NCBI GenBank assembly: GCA_030390025.1 | Contig: CM059431.1 | Coordinates: forward strand, 117,802,001-117,866,000 | DNA length: 64,000 nucleotides | Reading direction: 5' to 3' | Origin: Squalus acanthias | Lineage: Eukaryota | In this document: positions 11,677-24,443 of the stretch, piece by piece | Numbering within the stretch: the first letter of the stretch is position 1 | How the letters are laid out: each line of letters begins with the position of its first letter | Position numbers and translations under genes: made by a program | Notes under the pieces: generated by a model | The model's database searches: none | Told to the model about the DNA's origin: nothing | The model's input: only the letters and a program-made list of their open reading frames with translations

Positions 11677-12407
11677 GGGGGGAATTTTAACCTGAAAAAA
11701 TGGTTGGGTTGGGGGCGGGGGTGGGGGAAGTTAAAGTATTAAAAATCTAAATCCCGACCCCAACCCACCTCTAGCCCGCCCACTTTCAGCTTTTACTCAG
11801 GCGGGATGGGGGCGGGGCAGCCAACCCGCTGCCAGGAGGCGGGTTAGCACTTTACATATGATAATGAGGCTGGAAGCCTCTGCTTTAACCTGCTGTGCAG
11901 GTGTAACTGCAGCCAGCCGCGGATCCCGGGCCTCAGGATTCCCGGTAGCTGCAGCGAGGCGAGGATCCTCGTGGAGCAATGCTTGTGGGCCGGGAGAAGC
12001 AGGAGTGCTTCCTCCCGGCCCCCCAAGCTCACCCACCATCAGCCCACCCCATATAAACACCACCTGCCCCACCCCCCACCGGGATTGCGGATCGGACCCC
12101 CGCCCTGTGGATCAGAACCCCCCCACCGGGCTTGGAGTCACCCCTCCCTGGCTTGGAACCCCTCCCACCCCCGGATCGGACGCCGCACCTATTTGTTTGC
12201 TGCGGCCTCCTGTCCAGCGTTCCCCACTCAACTGGAGGCCGGCCTGTCAATCAGGCTGGCTCCCGGGCGGGGAAGCTGCCCATGATGTCACACGCACGCT
12301 GTGGAGTTAAAATTCCACAGCGTGTGGGGAAACCCGGACTTCTGGGTTTCCTGCAGTCTAACGGGTCCCCCCACTTCGGGCGGGTCAGAAATTTTAAAAT
12401 TCTGGCC
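11677..12407. mobile_element. GC-rich Harbinger-type MITE inserted in CR1
   Basis: Ends GGGGGGAATTTTAA / TTAAAATTCTGGCC; CAA TSD; CR1 sequence resumes across it. Confidence 0.8.
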
Positions 12408-15159
12408 CAAGTGTGGTCTAACCAAAGATCGATACAAGTTCAGCATACCTTCACTACTTTTCAATTCTATTCTTCTTGCAATAAACCCTAATGCTTGGTT
12501 TGCATTTTTTATGATCTTATTAACCTGCATCACTACTTTTAGTGATTTATGTATTTGTACTCTCAGATCCATTTGCTCCTCTACCTCATTTAAATTCTTA
12601 TTTTCCAAGTAATATGTGACCTCCTTAATTTTCTTACCAAAATGTAATACCTCACATTTATCTATGTTGAAATTCATTTGCCAATTATATGCCCATTCTG
12701 CAAGTTTATTAATGTCTTTTTGCAATTTGTTGCAGTCCTCCTCAGTATTTAATATCCCCCCCCCCCCCACAATTTGGTGTCATTCGCAAATTTAGAAATT
12801 GTGTTTTTGATTCCAGAGTCTAAATCGTTTATATAAATTGTGAACAACATTGGTCCCAGCACTGATCCTTGTGGGTCACCACTTCCCACCTTCTGCCACT
12901 CTGTGTAGGTACCCTTTGCCCCTACTCTCTGCATTCTGTCTTCCAGACAGCTAGCTATCCATTCTGCTACTTGTTCTCTGACTCCATATGCTCTGACCTT
13001 ATTCATTCGTCTATTGTGTGGCACCTTATCGAAGGCCTTTTGGAAATATAGATAAATTGCATCTAATGCTTTTCTCCAATCTAATACCCTGGTCTTCGTC
13101 ATGCTTATGCCCTTCTCAATTATTATTTTAAAGTGTATTATATTATGGTCAATATTGCCTATATGTTCCCCTACTTTTACTTTTCTTATTTGTTCTGGCT
13201 CATTCCCCATTACTAGATCTAGTAGCGAATTCTCCCTTGTTGGGCTTCTTGCATACAGCGTTAGAAAGGAGTCCTGTATACATGGCAGGAACTCTAGTCC
13301 CTTATCCCCTTTACCTATCTTTTCTAGTCAATTAATTTTGGGGTATTTGAAATCCCCCATGATTATTATTCTATGTTTTTTACTCATTTTTCCTAATTTG
13401 TTTGCATATTTCTTCCTCCATCTCCCTTCCACTATTAGGTGGTCTGTAGACTACCCTTATTAGTGTGATTGATCCTTTGTTATCTTTTATCTCTATCCAT
13501 ATGGTTTCTATTTCTGTCTTACTGATAGCTGCGTCACTTCTTTTTACTGCCATTATGTTACTTCTAATAAGTACAGCCACTCCACCTCCCCTATTTCCCT
13601 CTCTATCTTTTCTAAATATGTTATACCCAGCAATGTTTAATTTCCAGTTCTGATTTTTCTGTAGCCAGGCCTCAGTTATCCCTACTATATCTGATTCCTC
13701 ACAATGTATTATTGTTTTCAGTTCCTGTGTTTTATTACGGACATTGTGTGTAATGCTGTATAGACAGTTTAACTCATTTTAATAACAGTTCCTCCCACTT
13801 TATTTTTTACTAACTTTTTACACTCCTGTTCTATAACTCTATGTATTCCTTGGCCATTTACGTAGTCCCTTAGTTTAGTCTGTCCTATGCTCTCCTTTCC
13901 TGTTCCATTTATATTTCGGCTGGTTTCATTTCTTGTAGATCCCTACCCCGTCTTACTAGTTTAAAGCCTTTGGCACCTCCCTATTTACCCTTTCTGCTCG
14001 GACACTGGTCCCATTCCGGTTCAGTTGGAGTCTGTCCCATCGGTACAGCTCCTTCTTGTCCCAGCTTTGGTGCCAGTGTCCCATGAATAGGAATCCCTCT
14101 TTCTCATACCAGCCCTTCAACCACGTGTTAATTCTCCTGATCTCTCTGTCTCCTGCTTTTTAATTTGGATCCTAACTCCTGTTACTCCCTCAGCAGGACC
14201 AGCGCCTTGTTCCTACCTATGTCATTTGCTCCAACATGGACCACGACAATTGGATTTTCCCCCTCCCTGGAGCAGACAACACACCCTTTGGGTTCTCGTT
14301 CATGGCTGTAGAGGACGCTATCTATCCCCCTAATTATAGAATCCCCTATCACTACCGCATTTCTATTCTGGTCTTCCTCCTCTTGGACAGCCTTCTGAGT
14401 CACAGTGCCTTGGTCTGCATTGTGGCTGTCCTCCCCGTTGTGTTTCTCCTTGTCCTCACAGGTAGAGAGTACATCGTACCTGTTGGACAGGACCAGTGTC
14501 TGCGGGACTTCCTTCTCAACCTCTCCTAAGTCCCCGATACGCGGCTCCCTGACAGTCACACCTTCCCTTCCTGTGCTTTCCTCTGGGGTGTGACTATATT
14601 CTGGATAAAACTATCGAGAAATTCCTCCCCCGCCCTTATGTTTCAGAGTGTTTCTAACTCGCCCTCCAGCTCAATGACGCTGAGCCAGACTGACTGAAGG
14701 CAGAGATGTTTCCTGTAGATGTGGGAATCTGGGACAGTCTCACTGTCCACAAACTCCCACATACTACTGTACAAAAATGAAACGAGTAACTGGTTCTGTA
14801 TAGTTTTTTAAAGTCATTTTCAGTTATTTAAAATAGGGTTACCCTCAGGTGGCGGACTCGACACACTGATTAAAAATGCTTATTTTTTGTGACAAACCCA
14901 TTTTCTGCTATATTAATAAAACTGCACCAGGGCACTACTCTTAAATATATCAAGGAATATTTTGAATGCAAGAAAAGAAAATGAACAATTATATTCTAGA
15001 ACGCTGTCCGGTTGCACTGGTTCATGGACAATCTTACGTTTGTGATTATGCAAATGAGCTCGAACCAAAACTTGAACTATCACATCACACTGAAAAACTA
15101 GCACAATTTTGAGCGCAATTTGCATCTGGATTGCCGATTGCGCCCAAAGCGGAAACTCT

Positions 15160-15530
15160 ACCCCCTATCTTTTATAAAACTGTACATCCTCTGAAACATG
15201 GTGAGCTGCATCACTGGGGATGTACTTTCATATATTAAAAATATCAAAGGATTTAAGGCCAACCCCTGGAGTAACCTGTTCATAACTTGCTTCCATCCTA
15301 AAATTTTCCCTTCATGGGTAGCTGCCAATTTTATATCCAGCATCATTCTTTAACCCCTGTTCCTTAAATTACATCAGCCATTAATTGCTAAGGGAAATCT
15401 TGCCAGAAGCATTCCAAGTATATATTATCAATTTCATTTTCCCATACATTAATAACTTCAAATAAATCTAACAGGTTAGTCAAACATGACCTTCCTTTCC
15501 TGAACCCACGTCGACTGTTCTTTAAAACGG
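15160..15530 (-). mobile_element. Old CR1 RT fragment
   Basis: Minus strand gives RSCLTNLLDLFE. Confidence 0.55.
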
Positions 15531-15677
15531 TTCATTCACTATTTCTTTCAAAAGACTTTCACTTTCACAGCAGAATCTGGCAAATTACCAAGTCAGCACG
15601 GGTATGCATGGGAACATCGCAACTGCGGTTGCATTTCACCTGCCCCTCCCCACAGGGGAATCATCCTTGACATCTTG

Positions 15678-16275
15678 GGCCTGAAAATCCATGGTCCTTC
15701 ATTTCTGGCATAAGTGCCAGGATGTACCTACCAGCAACCTCTGCCGCTGACCCTGCCGGAGTATCTGGGGTCAGGGGGTGGTTGCCTAATTTGCATTTTG
15801 GTGCCGGGTGCCTGCGCCAAAATGGGCACATATCATGCCCCTGCCAGAGGGGCGGGTCAGGAATAGTAACTTCATGCAGCCGCTCGCTGAGTTGCCGAAA
15901 CTACAGGCAGGAAGAATTTTTTTAATAGATTAGTCCGCATCCTTTGCAAGGGGACCGATTAAGGTGAAAACATATTGGTATTTTTGGGGGAGGGGTTCAT
16001 ACCTGCTGATCATCTGTGCTTTGCATCTTTTATTTGTTTTTACTCCTGTCAGCTTCTAATGGTGCCAGTCCTTGTTGGATTATGGCTTTACTGGAAACTG
16101 ACAGCCCCCTCCAGCACCTCATTTAAAGGGATCATTCTTCACGTGAGTGTCAGATGGTGAATGTAGTCGGCTATTACAACCTAAGTGGCGTCACACCCGA
16201 GCCCGATTCTCATCTCCTTGCTGATGCATGTCTGGCAGGGACAGTGAATGGAAGCAGGGGGCGCGGTTGAATTTT
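15678..16275. mobile_element. Possible Harbinger-type MITE relic
   Basis: GGGCCTGAAAAT start and GC-rich body resembling other MITEs here; no clear TSD. Confidence 0.3.
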
Positions 16276-18569
16276 GTCAGGGTTCATCATAAACAGCTCT
16301 TCCAGCTGAGGTCAGGTGACTTAGTACAGCCTTGCCATTCTCTATGGTTCACTTTCACACCAAGGCAATGCATTGACTCATTAAGCCATGGGGGAAGTTT
16401 CCTTCTCAGCATTTTCCCCACTCAATCCTCTTGACACGGTAAAAACATGTCCAGCTCTTGGGTCTCTTTCATTAGGGCTCTTGCTGCCAAAAGTATTGGA
16501 AACTTTCATCTGCTGGATAAAGTAGCTTACGGTACATGTGATAGAATTGTAATTCGATATTAACAATTCTCTGCCTAAACTGAATAACTATGCTCGTATA
16601 GAACAGGTTAAACACATGATCTCATTCCAGTTAGAATAGGGGAGAAGATTCAGCAAGGTCACAGTTATCAAAAAATGGAAAATGAACTTCATAAATGGAG
16701 AAAGATGATCTGATTAAATAATATTGAATTATTTCAGGAATAAATCAAAGTAATTAAGTTGGACAAACCAGGATAATTTGAACAAAATGTAAATTGGCAG
16801 AAAAGAACTTTGAGTGACCTAAGATTTAATTGGTGGGACTTAAATCGATTAAAATAAAAATAAATGAATGAGTTAATGTTTGCTTCCCTTTAACTACAGT
16901 ACACCATAGTAAAAGCTTGCTGATCATATCCGAGAACTGTGTACCTTACGAATGCCTCAGTATCAGTTCCTGCATTTGTAAATTGCACCTTGTATGCTCA
17001 CCAGAGCACAGCAGCTGACATCTGGGGGGGTGGGGGGAGTGATGTTAACACCCAGGAATGGGTGGGTTGGAGTCGGGTGAGTAGTAAAAATACAAGAAAA
17101 TTGAAGCACAACCGCAACCTGGCTGCAACGCGCCCACTTCTGGGTTTAATTGAGGCGCGTTTGGCTGCGTGCGAGTAACCTGCTCGATAACCTGGCGCGA
17201 TAATTAGCACAGGCGGCTCGGCAATTAACACAGTATATAACACGATAGTTACAAGGAAATGAGGGGATTTTCAATTCATTTTAACATTCTTCTGAATTAA
17301 ACACCTCCAGCATGGGTTTCCCGGGGCACGGGAAACTCGCCAGTGAAAAGGAGGCGAGTTTCAGGTGCACTTCATGAGGCTCTTTAAAGTTCAGATTGCC
17401 CGATCTCAATGAAGGCTCAATGCTTACAGCTGCTTTTCCAGTTCCCTCTGACAAACGTTTCACAGAGAGCTATTGTCAGCATGGAGGTTTTTGAGAAGAT
17501 TGGCGCCTTTCAAAGGGACACCAGCAGGATGGGAAGCACCATGGATGTTTTTGACACTACATCAGACGAGGAAGACAAGCACCATGCACGGCAGCGACGA
17601 CGTGCTGTGGTGGGATCACCAAGTGCACAGGAGAGAGGTGCACAGGAGAGAGGAGACCAACAGAGGGGCCGAGGTACTACTCATATCATAGGGTTTACAG
17701 ACAGAGGCTTAGCTTCCTTGGCCTCTCGGAAGAACAGTGCTTGAGATTGAGACTGAGATTGTCACATCAGAAGCCTTCTAGAAGAAGACCTGCTACCTGC
17801 TGGACCTGGTGGTGTCGCATTACCAATGGCTGTGAAAGATACCATTGGCCTCAATTTTTCTGCCTCTGGTTCCTTTTCAGTGCATTGCCAGAGACATATC
17901 GAGTGTCTCGCAGTCTGCTGCACATGAATGCATAAGGCAGGTGACAGATGGATTGTTTGCCAGGGCTGGGAGTAATATAAACTTCTCCTGTGATGACAAT
18001 ATCCAGAATGAGTGCGTACTCGGATTTGCCTCTCTGGCTGGCCTCCAATAGGCACAGGATGCCATTGATTGCACACATGTGGCAATCCAAGCACCACCAC
18101 AGCAACCAGGAGTGTTTATCAACCGCAAGGGATATTATTCCATCAATACACAGCTGGTGTGCAAACACAAGAAGAGGTTCATGCAGGCCACATTCCCTGA
18201 GAGCTGTCATGATGCTTTCATACTGCGGCAGTCAACATTCCAGACCTTTTCGTTCTAGGAACCAGACTTATTGGCTGTTTCATAGGAGGCAATGGATACC
18301 ACCTTCAACCTTGGCTTATGATACCTTTGAGGAACCCCACCAATGAGGCGCAGGAGCGCTACAATGAGAGCCACCTGACCACCAGGTGTGTCATCGAGCA
18401 AGCATTTGGAATGTTGAAGATGCGCTTCAGGTGCCTAGCTAGGTCTGGAGGCACCATTCAGTACTTGCCAGCGAGGGTGTCCAGAATCATAGTGGTGTGC
18501 TGCATCCTGCACAACATTGTGCAGCAGAGAGGATTGCTGGTGGAGGAGGACGAAGGCTCTTATCAGGAA

Positions 18570-19156
18570 TGTAAGACGTGTAAATTTTTACACCAGTCTA
18601 ACAGTACTTAGAGTTCGGACCCGTATTGGAACAGACAACTTGAGACAAAGATTTCAGGGTGACTATCCTTTACTTAAAATCAACAGCGATTACAAGCAAG
18701 AACAAACATGCATACGTATTAACACCAGCGAGTGATTAGTTTGGCGGTGACCAGTAGGTTCTCTTCTCTGTGCGGCCAATCAAGTCACCCGACTCTCTGC
18801 AGCAGCCCCGAGTGTCTTTCGACTGCACTTTTTATACCCCAGAACTTAGCAGGCCGCCCAATGCGTACGTGTCCCAGACCACGTTAACAATGGCCAGTAG
18901 TTGTTTTTCTTTCTCCTCTCCTTATCTGTTCGTCGGTGGGCCTCAAGGCCGGTTACGCCGTTGTCTGCAGAAGTTCCTGTTAACAATGGCTTGAAGGTTT
19001 GTTTTACAGAACTTTCAAGGCCCACTTCCTTATGTGTGATTTTTACTGAACTTGCCCAGTAACACGGCCCTCCGTCTCTCAATGTATGCCGGTCCATTAA
19101 ATTTGGTCAACTTCGAGTTTAGTCAAGTTAATTTACAGCGATGATGTATTCTTACA
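18570..19156 (-). repeat. 3' LTR of element 1 (587 bp)
   Basis: Matches 22864-22875 plus 24444-25021; preceded on minus by GAGGGTGGAC (weak PPT). Confidence 0.9.
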
Positions 19157-19204
19157 AAGTCCACCCTCAAGTGGCTGTGTACCCGAATGTTGGGTCACAG
19201 GCAC

Positions 19205-20625
19205 TTACACCTCGCCATTGTCTTTTTCTTTCCATGTCTTCTGTAACAGCTTGACCAACTTTCACTGTTTGCGTCACCTGTTGACGTGGCAAGTTATTAT
19301 CAGTAAGTATAACACAATCAGCAGCTGAACAATGACCAAGTCATGGGAGATAATCCTTATCCATGGATGATCCTCAATATTCCTATCGATATCTCACCAG
19401 GACGAATCATCCCCAACCCTGGATATTTCCTTTTGTCATTCATGGATTTTCTTGGGCCAAGGTATAATAATGCTTCTGGGACTGATTGACGTGCCTCATT
19501 AACTCTACCAAGTTTTCTTGCCGTGGTGGGATGTCATAGCCGAACCGAGTCACATATTGGTGCAATTGCTCTTTTAACTCATCCTTTACAGTAATATTTA
19601 CTTGCTTATGTGAATAAATGCTTAACAACACCCACGCCCCAAGTCTCACAGGTCTGACTGGGGTAAAACAAAAGATTCCCTGCACAATAGGACAAGTCAA
19701 GTCATTACTGTACTGGTATTCCCAGTGCATAGTAGTCACACAATATTCCCCCTTCCCTAGATATGCAGATCGTACGGGGAGGTGCCACCCTGGAGTCACT
19801 TTCATGGTACAACTCCACACCACCCTATCCCGATTGAACCCACAAGTGGGGGCTGCATGTTCTGCCACATCGTAGGGGCAGATCAACGTATCCCGAGCTT
19901 GAGCGCATCCGGTAAGACCTGGGGCCACCCATGTGGTCCCATCCACTCGGGTCACGTATTGTGGGGGTTCATCATACTTTACTAAGTGGTCTCCCCGACG
20001 CACCCCTATGTTCTCTACATGGAATAGAGGACTTGGAGCTGCGTTATCAGACAGAACGGGATAATATAATACCATCCCTAACAGGGTGATGTTCCTTTCC
20101 TCTGCCAATCATACTCGTGTTTCACCGGGTACACCTGTACCAGTCCTCTGACTTGGCACACAGTCATGGTAAGTTGGCAAGTGGACATCGCCATCAGATG
20201 TTGATCAGTCACCCACAAGGGGAGTTTCCACTCAGCAATGCGCTGTAGGTTTTCTCGGGTGTGTTCCACCAACCAAGACCCATACATTATACATACATCG
20301 TTTCGCGCGGCCTTACTAGAGGTATTCTGGTCCTCCTTTAAAACCTGATTTATCATCTCAGCATGAGATTTTCGATATTTTACCACATCCTGCAGGTGTA
20401 TGGTTATTATTTAATCCGCCTCCAATTCCTTCTGCTCCTGATCATTCATTTCATACAAAATTTTCCTTAAACTGTTTCTAACCGTCTTTACAGATTGGTC
20501 TAGGCTGGCCAAATCAAGGCTATTAATGAGGGAGGTTTCGATGTTAGTTACCTTTAACATAACAGTCTCCCCCAAAAAACTTCTTTGATAACACAGTTTA
20601 GACAGAATCACGTAGACTGGACCTT
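19205..20625 (-). pseudogene. env-like class I fusion glycoprotein relic
   Basis: Frameshifted ORFs 20411-20611, 20078-20386, 19440-20108: heptad region, Cys-rich ectodomain, then HPWIRIISHDLVIVQLLIVLYLLII TM segment and basic tail. Confidence 0.7.
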
Positions 20626-21922
20626 GACAAAAAAAAAAATTTGATTATCCCCATAAATTTCAGATAAATTTCCCTTCCCGAGGGCTTGAGCAGCAACTCA
20701 TATCAATTTACCTAAACAATTTTAATTTCTCAAACAAATTATGTCCAGGCTTGTGATTTAACAAAAGAAAACAAAAGTATTTGCAATTGCGTTTGGATGT
20801 AAGTCTTTTATCTTCCCTCTCGAGCAATCTGTCTTGGAAGATAACACATGACTCCAAATAGTTACTTCCAAGTATTAAAAAGCAATTTTGTCACCATGCT
20901 GGGACATTCGAGATCCATCAATGTCTGCAGATAAGAACTTAAATTCTGCACATTACTAGAGCTCCCACTGCACCTTTCCAGCAAAGTTCAAACTTTGTAA
21001 CACCTTGAAGTCATTTCTATATCAAAGAACCACTCTTGGTAATCTTACACCATCAACATTCATCTGGCTCCCTGCTTAAAAGAAAAAAACAGACAATCCA
21101 TTGCGACTTGCCTACGAGCCCAATGGGTTAATTTGTCAATTCCTGATTCCCTTCTGCCACTGTGTGGAAACATCCACTCTAATTAAAAAACATAAAAATT
21201 TAACAATGCCCAAAATGTTTACAAAACACACAGCTGCATGTGGGGTTAAAAACAGAGTTCACAGCTGCTTGTGAAAAGAGTTAACTTTTTTTTGCATTTT
21301 AAAAGACAAACACAAACATCATCAATCAATGTCAGCTTGTGTCACACAGCTTCTCACAGCTTTCTAATAAATTTTTTTAAACTTTTGCAAAATATAAAAA
21401 ACTGTTACTTTTGCATGTCTTTGTGCCTTTAAAATTTGCAAAGATCCTGATCAATTCAATTCAGCAGGTTAAAACATCAGACATCATTAGTAACACCACT
21501 ACAAACATTCTGTAAAACAAGTCCACATACAACAATAGCATTCTCCTTTTTTTCCCTGGTCACACATACTTGAAATTGGTCAGAATTTTTTTTTTAAATG
21601 CCAATTGTTGATGTGATTGCCTCATGTCTAAAACTAGAGGCTTTCACACAATTTACACCAACCAGTATTTCACCATGGCCATAATAAAAGTCTGGTTTTA
21701 ATAGGTTAATTAACCTCAATAACTCCAATTTAATTCAGAGCAATATCTTAAACTAACTAGTACCACTTGAAAAAGAGGGAGGAGCCACAGCCACAGTAAC
21801 AAAGTAACATTCACACATGCTTTGTAAAAAGACATTAACATTCACACTGAAAACAAAAACATGTAGAACAGCAGAAAAGAGACATGATCTTCCCTTTTCT
21901 CCTTTATTCCATCATAACTATT

Positions 21923-22824
21923 TTATCCTTTTTCCTTGAAACCAATTTTCAATTTCTGATGTTTTCTATTGAATCCCATTCTAAACAGATTCAAAACCTT
22001 AAACTCACAGTCCATATTATATGGGACCTCAATTTCCCAATCTAATGCACCCCAATCCCCGCTCCCTTCACCAGGCGCCAAGTACCGCCTTTGGCGCATC
22101 AGGTTCATGGGCGGAGGCCGAGCTCCCTCCAGTGGGGCATTCCCTGGTCCCTTATCCAATTTTTCATCACCCCCTTCATCAACTTCACTATCACTTTCTT
22201 CACTATCCTGTCCATCCTTCCCAAATGAGGGGGTCATGGCACATACAATGCCTCTTTGAATCTGCAACTTCTCCAATTCCCTAATCCGCTTATTACATTC
22301 AATGTGATCCTCACGGGTGCTCCGTTCCACTAGATCCTGTTTCTGGGTGACCCTAAACTCAACCTTCAGGTCCTCATTAACCTTTTCTGCCTGCTCTGCC
22401 CGATGACTCTGGTTGGACGCCTTCTCCGACCAGACATCACACTGATTCTGGTTATTCATACACTGGCTCTCAAGGTACAGTTCCTTATTACACCATCTCT
22501 CCTTTGCCTTTTCAAACTGCTCTGCGAGCCTTTTCCTACTTTCCCTTTCTTCTTCTAAATCCCTCAGAAGTCGGTTTACCGCCTTATTCGCCAGATCTTC
22601 TATCTCCTTTTGCATCTTAATTTTCATACATTTATCGTTTTTAAACTATCTCTGGAATGCCATTAACCAGATGGCCTTCATCGTCCCTGGCCAACACGTG
22701 GACACTTGTGTCCATTGTTCGGCCTCAGGTCATCCCCGTCTATTATGACCCGTACCCATCCCTCCTTGAGGGGTAACTTCCTTGTCACATATTTCGTGAC
22801 TAACTCATCCATCATCTTTGCCAT
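21923..22824 (-). pseudogene. gag-like N-terminal coiled-coil ORF (frameshifted, truncated)
   Basis: ATG 17 nt after the PBS; charged coiled-coil ORF 21923-22627 then acidic and Pro-rich linker. Confidence 0.6.
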
Positions 22825-22840
22825 TGTTTGTTCCGAGTGG

Positions 22841-22858
22841 GTCCCTGTTCAGGCACCA
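22841..22858 (-). promoter_or_regulatory. Primer binding site, tRNA-Lys(UUU)
   Basis: TGGTGCCTGAACAGGGAC versus canonical TGGCGCCCGAACAGGGAC (two C>T changes), 5 nt from the LTR. Confidence 0.85.
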
Positions 22859-22876
22859 AAATCTGTAAGACATATG

Positions 22877-24443
22877 GGGGGAGAAATTGGGTATCGCCCC
22901 GTTTGGGGCGCAATTATCGGCCGGGCGCAAAGTTTAACGCCTGGCGCTAATTATCGCCTCTGACTGCAAACTTGGCTTCTATCGCCCTGTAAGCATTTTA
23001 TTTCGACTGGCATTAAATTGACAGCAAGACCAATTCTTTTGAAACAATTTGGAATAAGTTTATTAAACACACACACTCATGCACATCAAAACAATAGCCT
23101 ACTGGTATTTATGGACTCTACTCGATTACAACTCATAAGGTAATGGATTAGATTTACACAGACTGGTACTTCCCTGAGTTAAGCAATGCACGCAGCCTTT
23201 TTCCTTGCTTCTTGGTCTGGTCTGTAGAGGGAGGGCTTCTTGTTCTTCCATGTGGTCGTCCAAAGAGAGAGAGAGAGAGAGAGAGCCTTTGGTTCCTTGT
23301 TTTTATATTTTTTAAAGTCCATTGTCTTCTAGTTTAAATTCTTAAGATGCCACGATTGGGTCTTAGATTCTGGCAGTTCTTGATTGGCTTTCCTTTGAAC
23401 ATGTGTCTGTCTGTAGTGGCTGGTGACATTTCTTGCTTAAGTTAATTGTTTGTTGACACCTTTTCGTGGCTCTTGAGTTTCGATGGTGAGTTTCGATGGT
23501 GTCTCTGTGGGGGGTTATCCTGTTATTTAGGTTTCCTTTGTTAAGTTTTGCCCCGCTGCCTTACCCAGGGGAAACCCATACACATCAAATGTATCTTTAT
23601 CTTATATTAATAATCTCAAGTCCATCACACATACAAAACATATATTTTTATTCTTACAGCCCCTAGAGGTGATTGGTACGCTAAATTAGGCGCTTACACA
23701 CCTCTCTTAAGGTGCTAACGCCGAGGAGCGAGACGCTACCTCAGAGCGCTGGCGAAACTCATGTGATGTCAGTCAGCAATGGAACACAGACACACTGGCA
23801 CCGGCCAGTTCTTAAAGGGGAGGGTCGATCTTGCTCTCCATCCACACCCTGCGCATTGCAGCCTTGAATCTCGGCCTGGAGCGACCTGTACATCAAGTCT
23901 GCTGGAAAGAACAATGGAGCGGGCCAGGGAAAAGCACAGAGTGCAGCCCCCATAGTCTCTTCTAAATCAATGCAAGGAAGGTCAAATCAAAATGAACCTG
24001 CAAAGTGCTGCTCAGTACCCAAAACTCCTTCACACAGCATTGAATATCTCCAGAAGTCTCTCTCTCTCTCTCAGAATGCGTGGTGCAAAAATGTCACCAA
24101 CAAAAAAAGGCAGGAAGCATCCGCCTATAAATAGCGCTCCCCCAGTCCCTTCCCGACTGCAAAATGCTCCCCTCAACCTGTCATTGCTAACGGCAGGCGG
24201 TAAGGCAGGGGGCACCACTCAATATCCGGTCCGGGGCGATACCAGGGCGTTGCACGCTCGACTGACGTCACGATCTGCGGGCACAGGAAATCGTGGCAGT
24301 AGTGTTTAGCGCTGCCGCAAAATGTCTGGTCAATTTTGCGAGCGGCGCAAACATTGCTGCGCCCGGGCGCTAGTTGCTTTGCACCCCATTAGCGCCCTCT
24401 TAGGGTGCTAACGGGAGGCGCAAAGCAACCGAATTTTTCCCCC
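22877..24443. mobile_element. PIF/Harbinger MITE, copy 3 (inverted), carrying a solo LTR
   Basis: Reverse complement of 3507-4396; GGGGGAGAAATT / AATTTTTCCCCC ends. Confidence 0.9.
22988..23658 (-). mobile_element. Solo LTR (671 bp)
   Basis: TGTAAG..CTTACA termini; perfect GCCC 4-bp TSD; TATA-like and AATAAA on minus. Confidence 0.85.

Larger units (their letters stand above)
9097..14770 (-). mobile_element. Degenerate CR1 LINE (ORF1 esterase, APE, RT with internal deletion), interrupted twice
   Basis: VIGDSIIRG and VHVGANDI (ORF1); VVYRPPNS (APE); FQKAFDKVPH, PQGSVLGP (RT); deletion near 13070. Confidence 0.9.

Noticed and set aside
20630..21920. pol remnant in LTR element 1
   Set aside because: No protease, RT (YxDD), RNase H or integrase motif recognisable by eye; a profile search is needed to exclude a very decayed relic
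22841..22858. tRNA gene
   Set aside because: Only an 18-nt complement to a tRNA 3' end next to an LTR, i.e. a PBS with no cloverleaf
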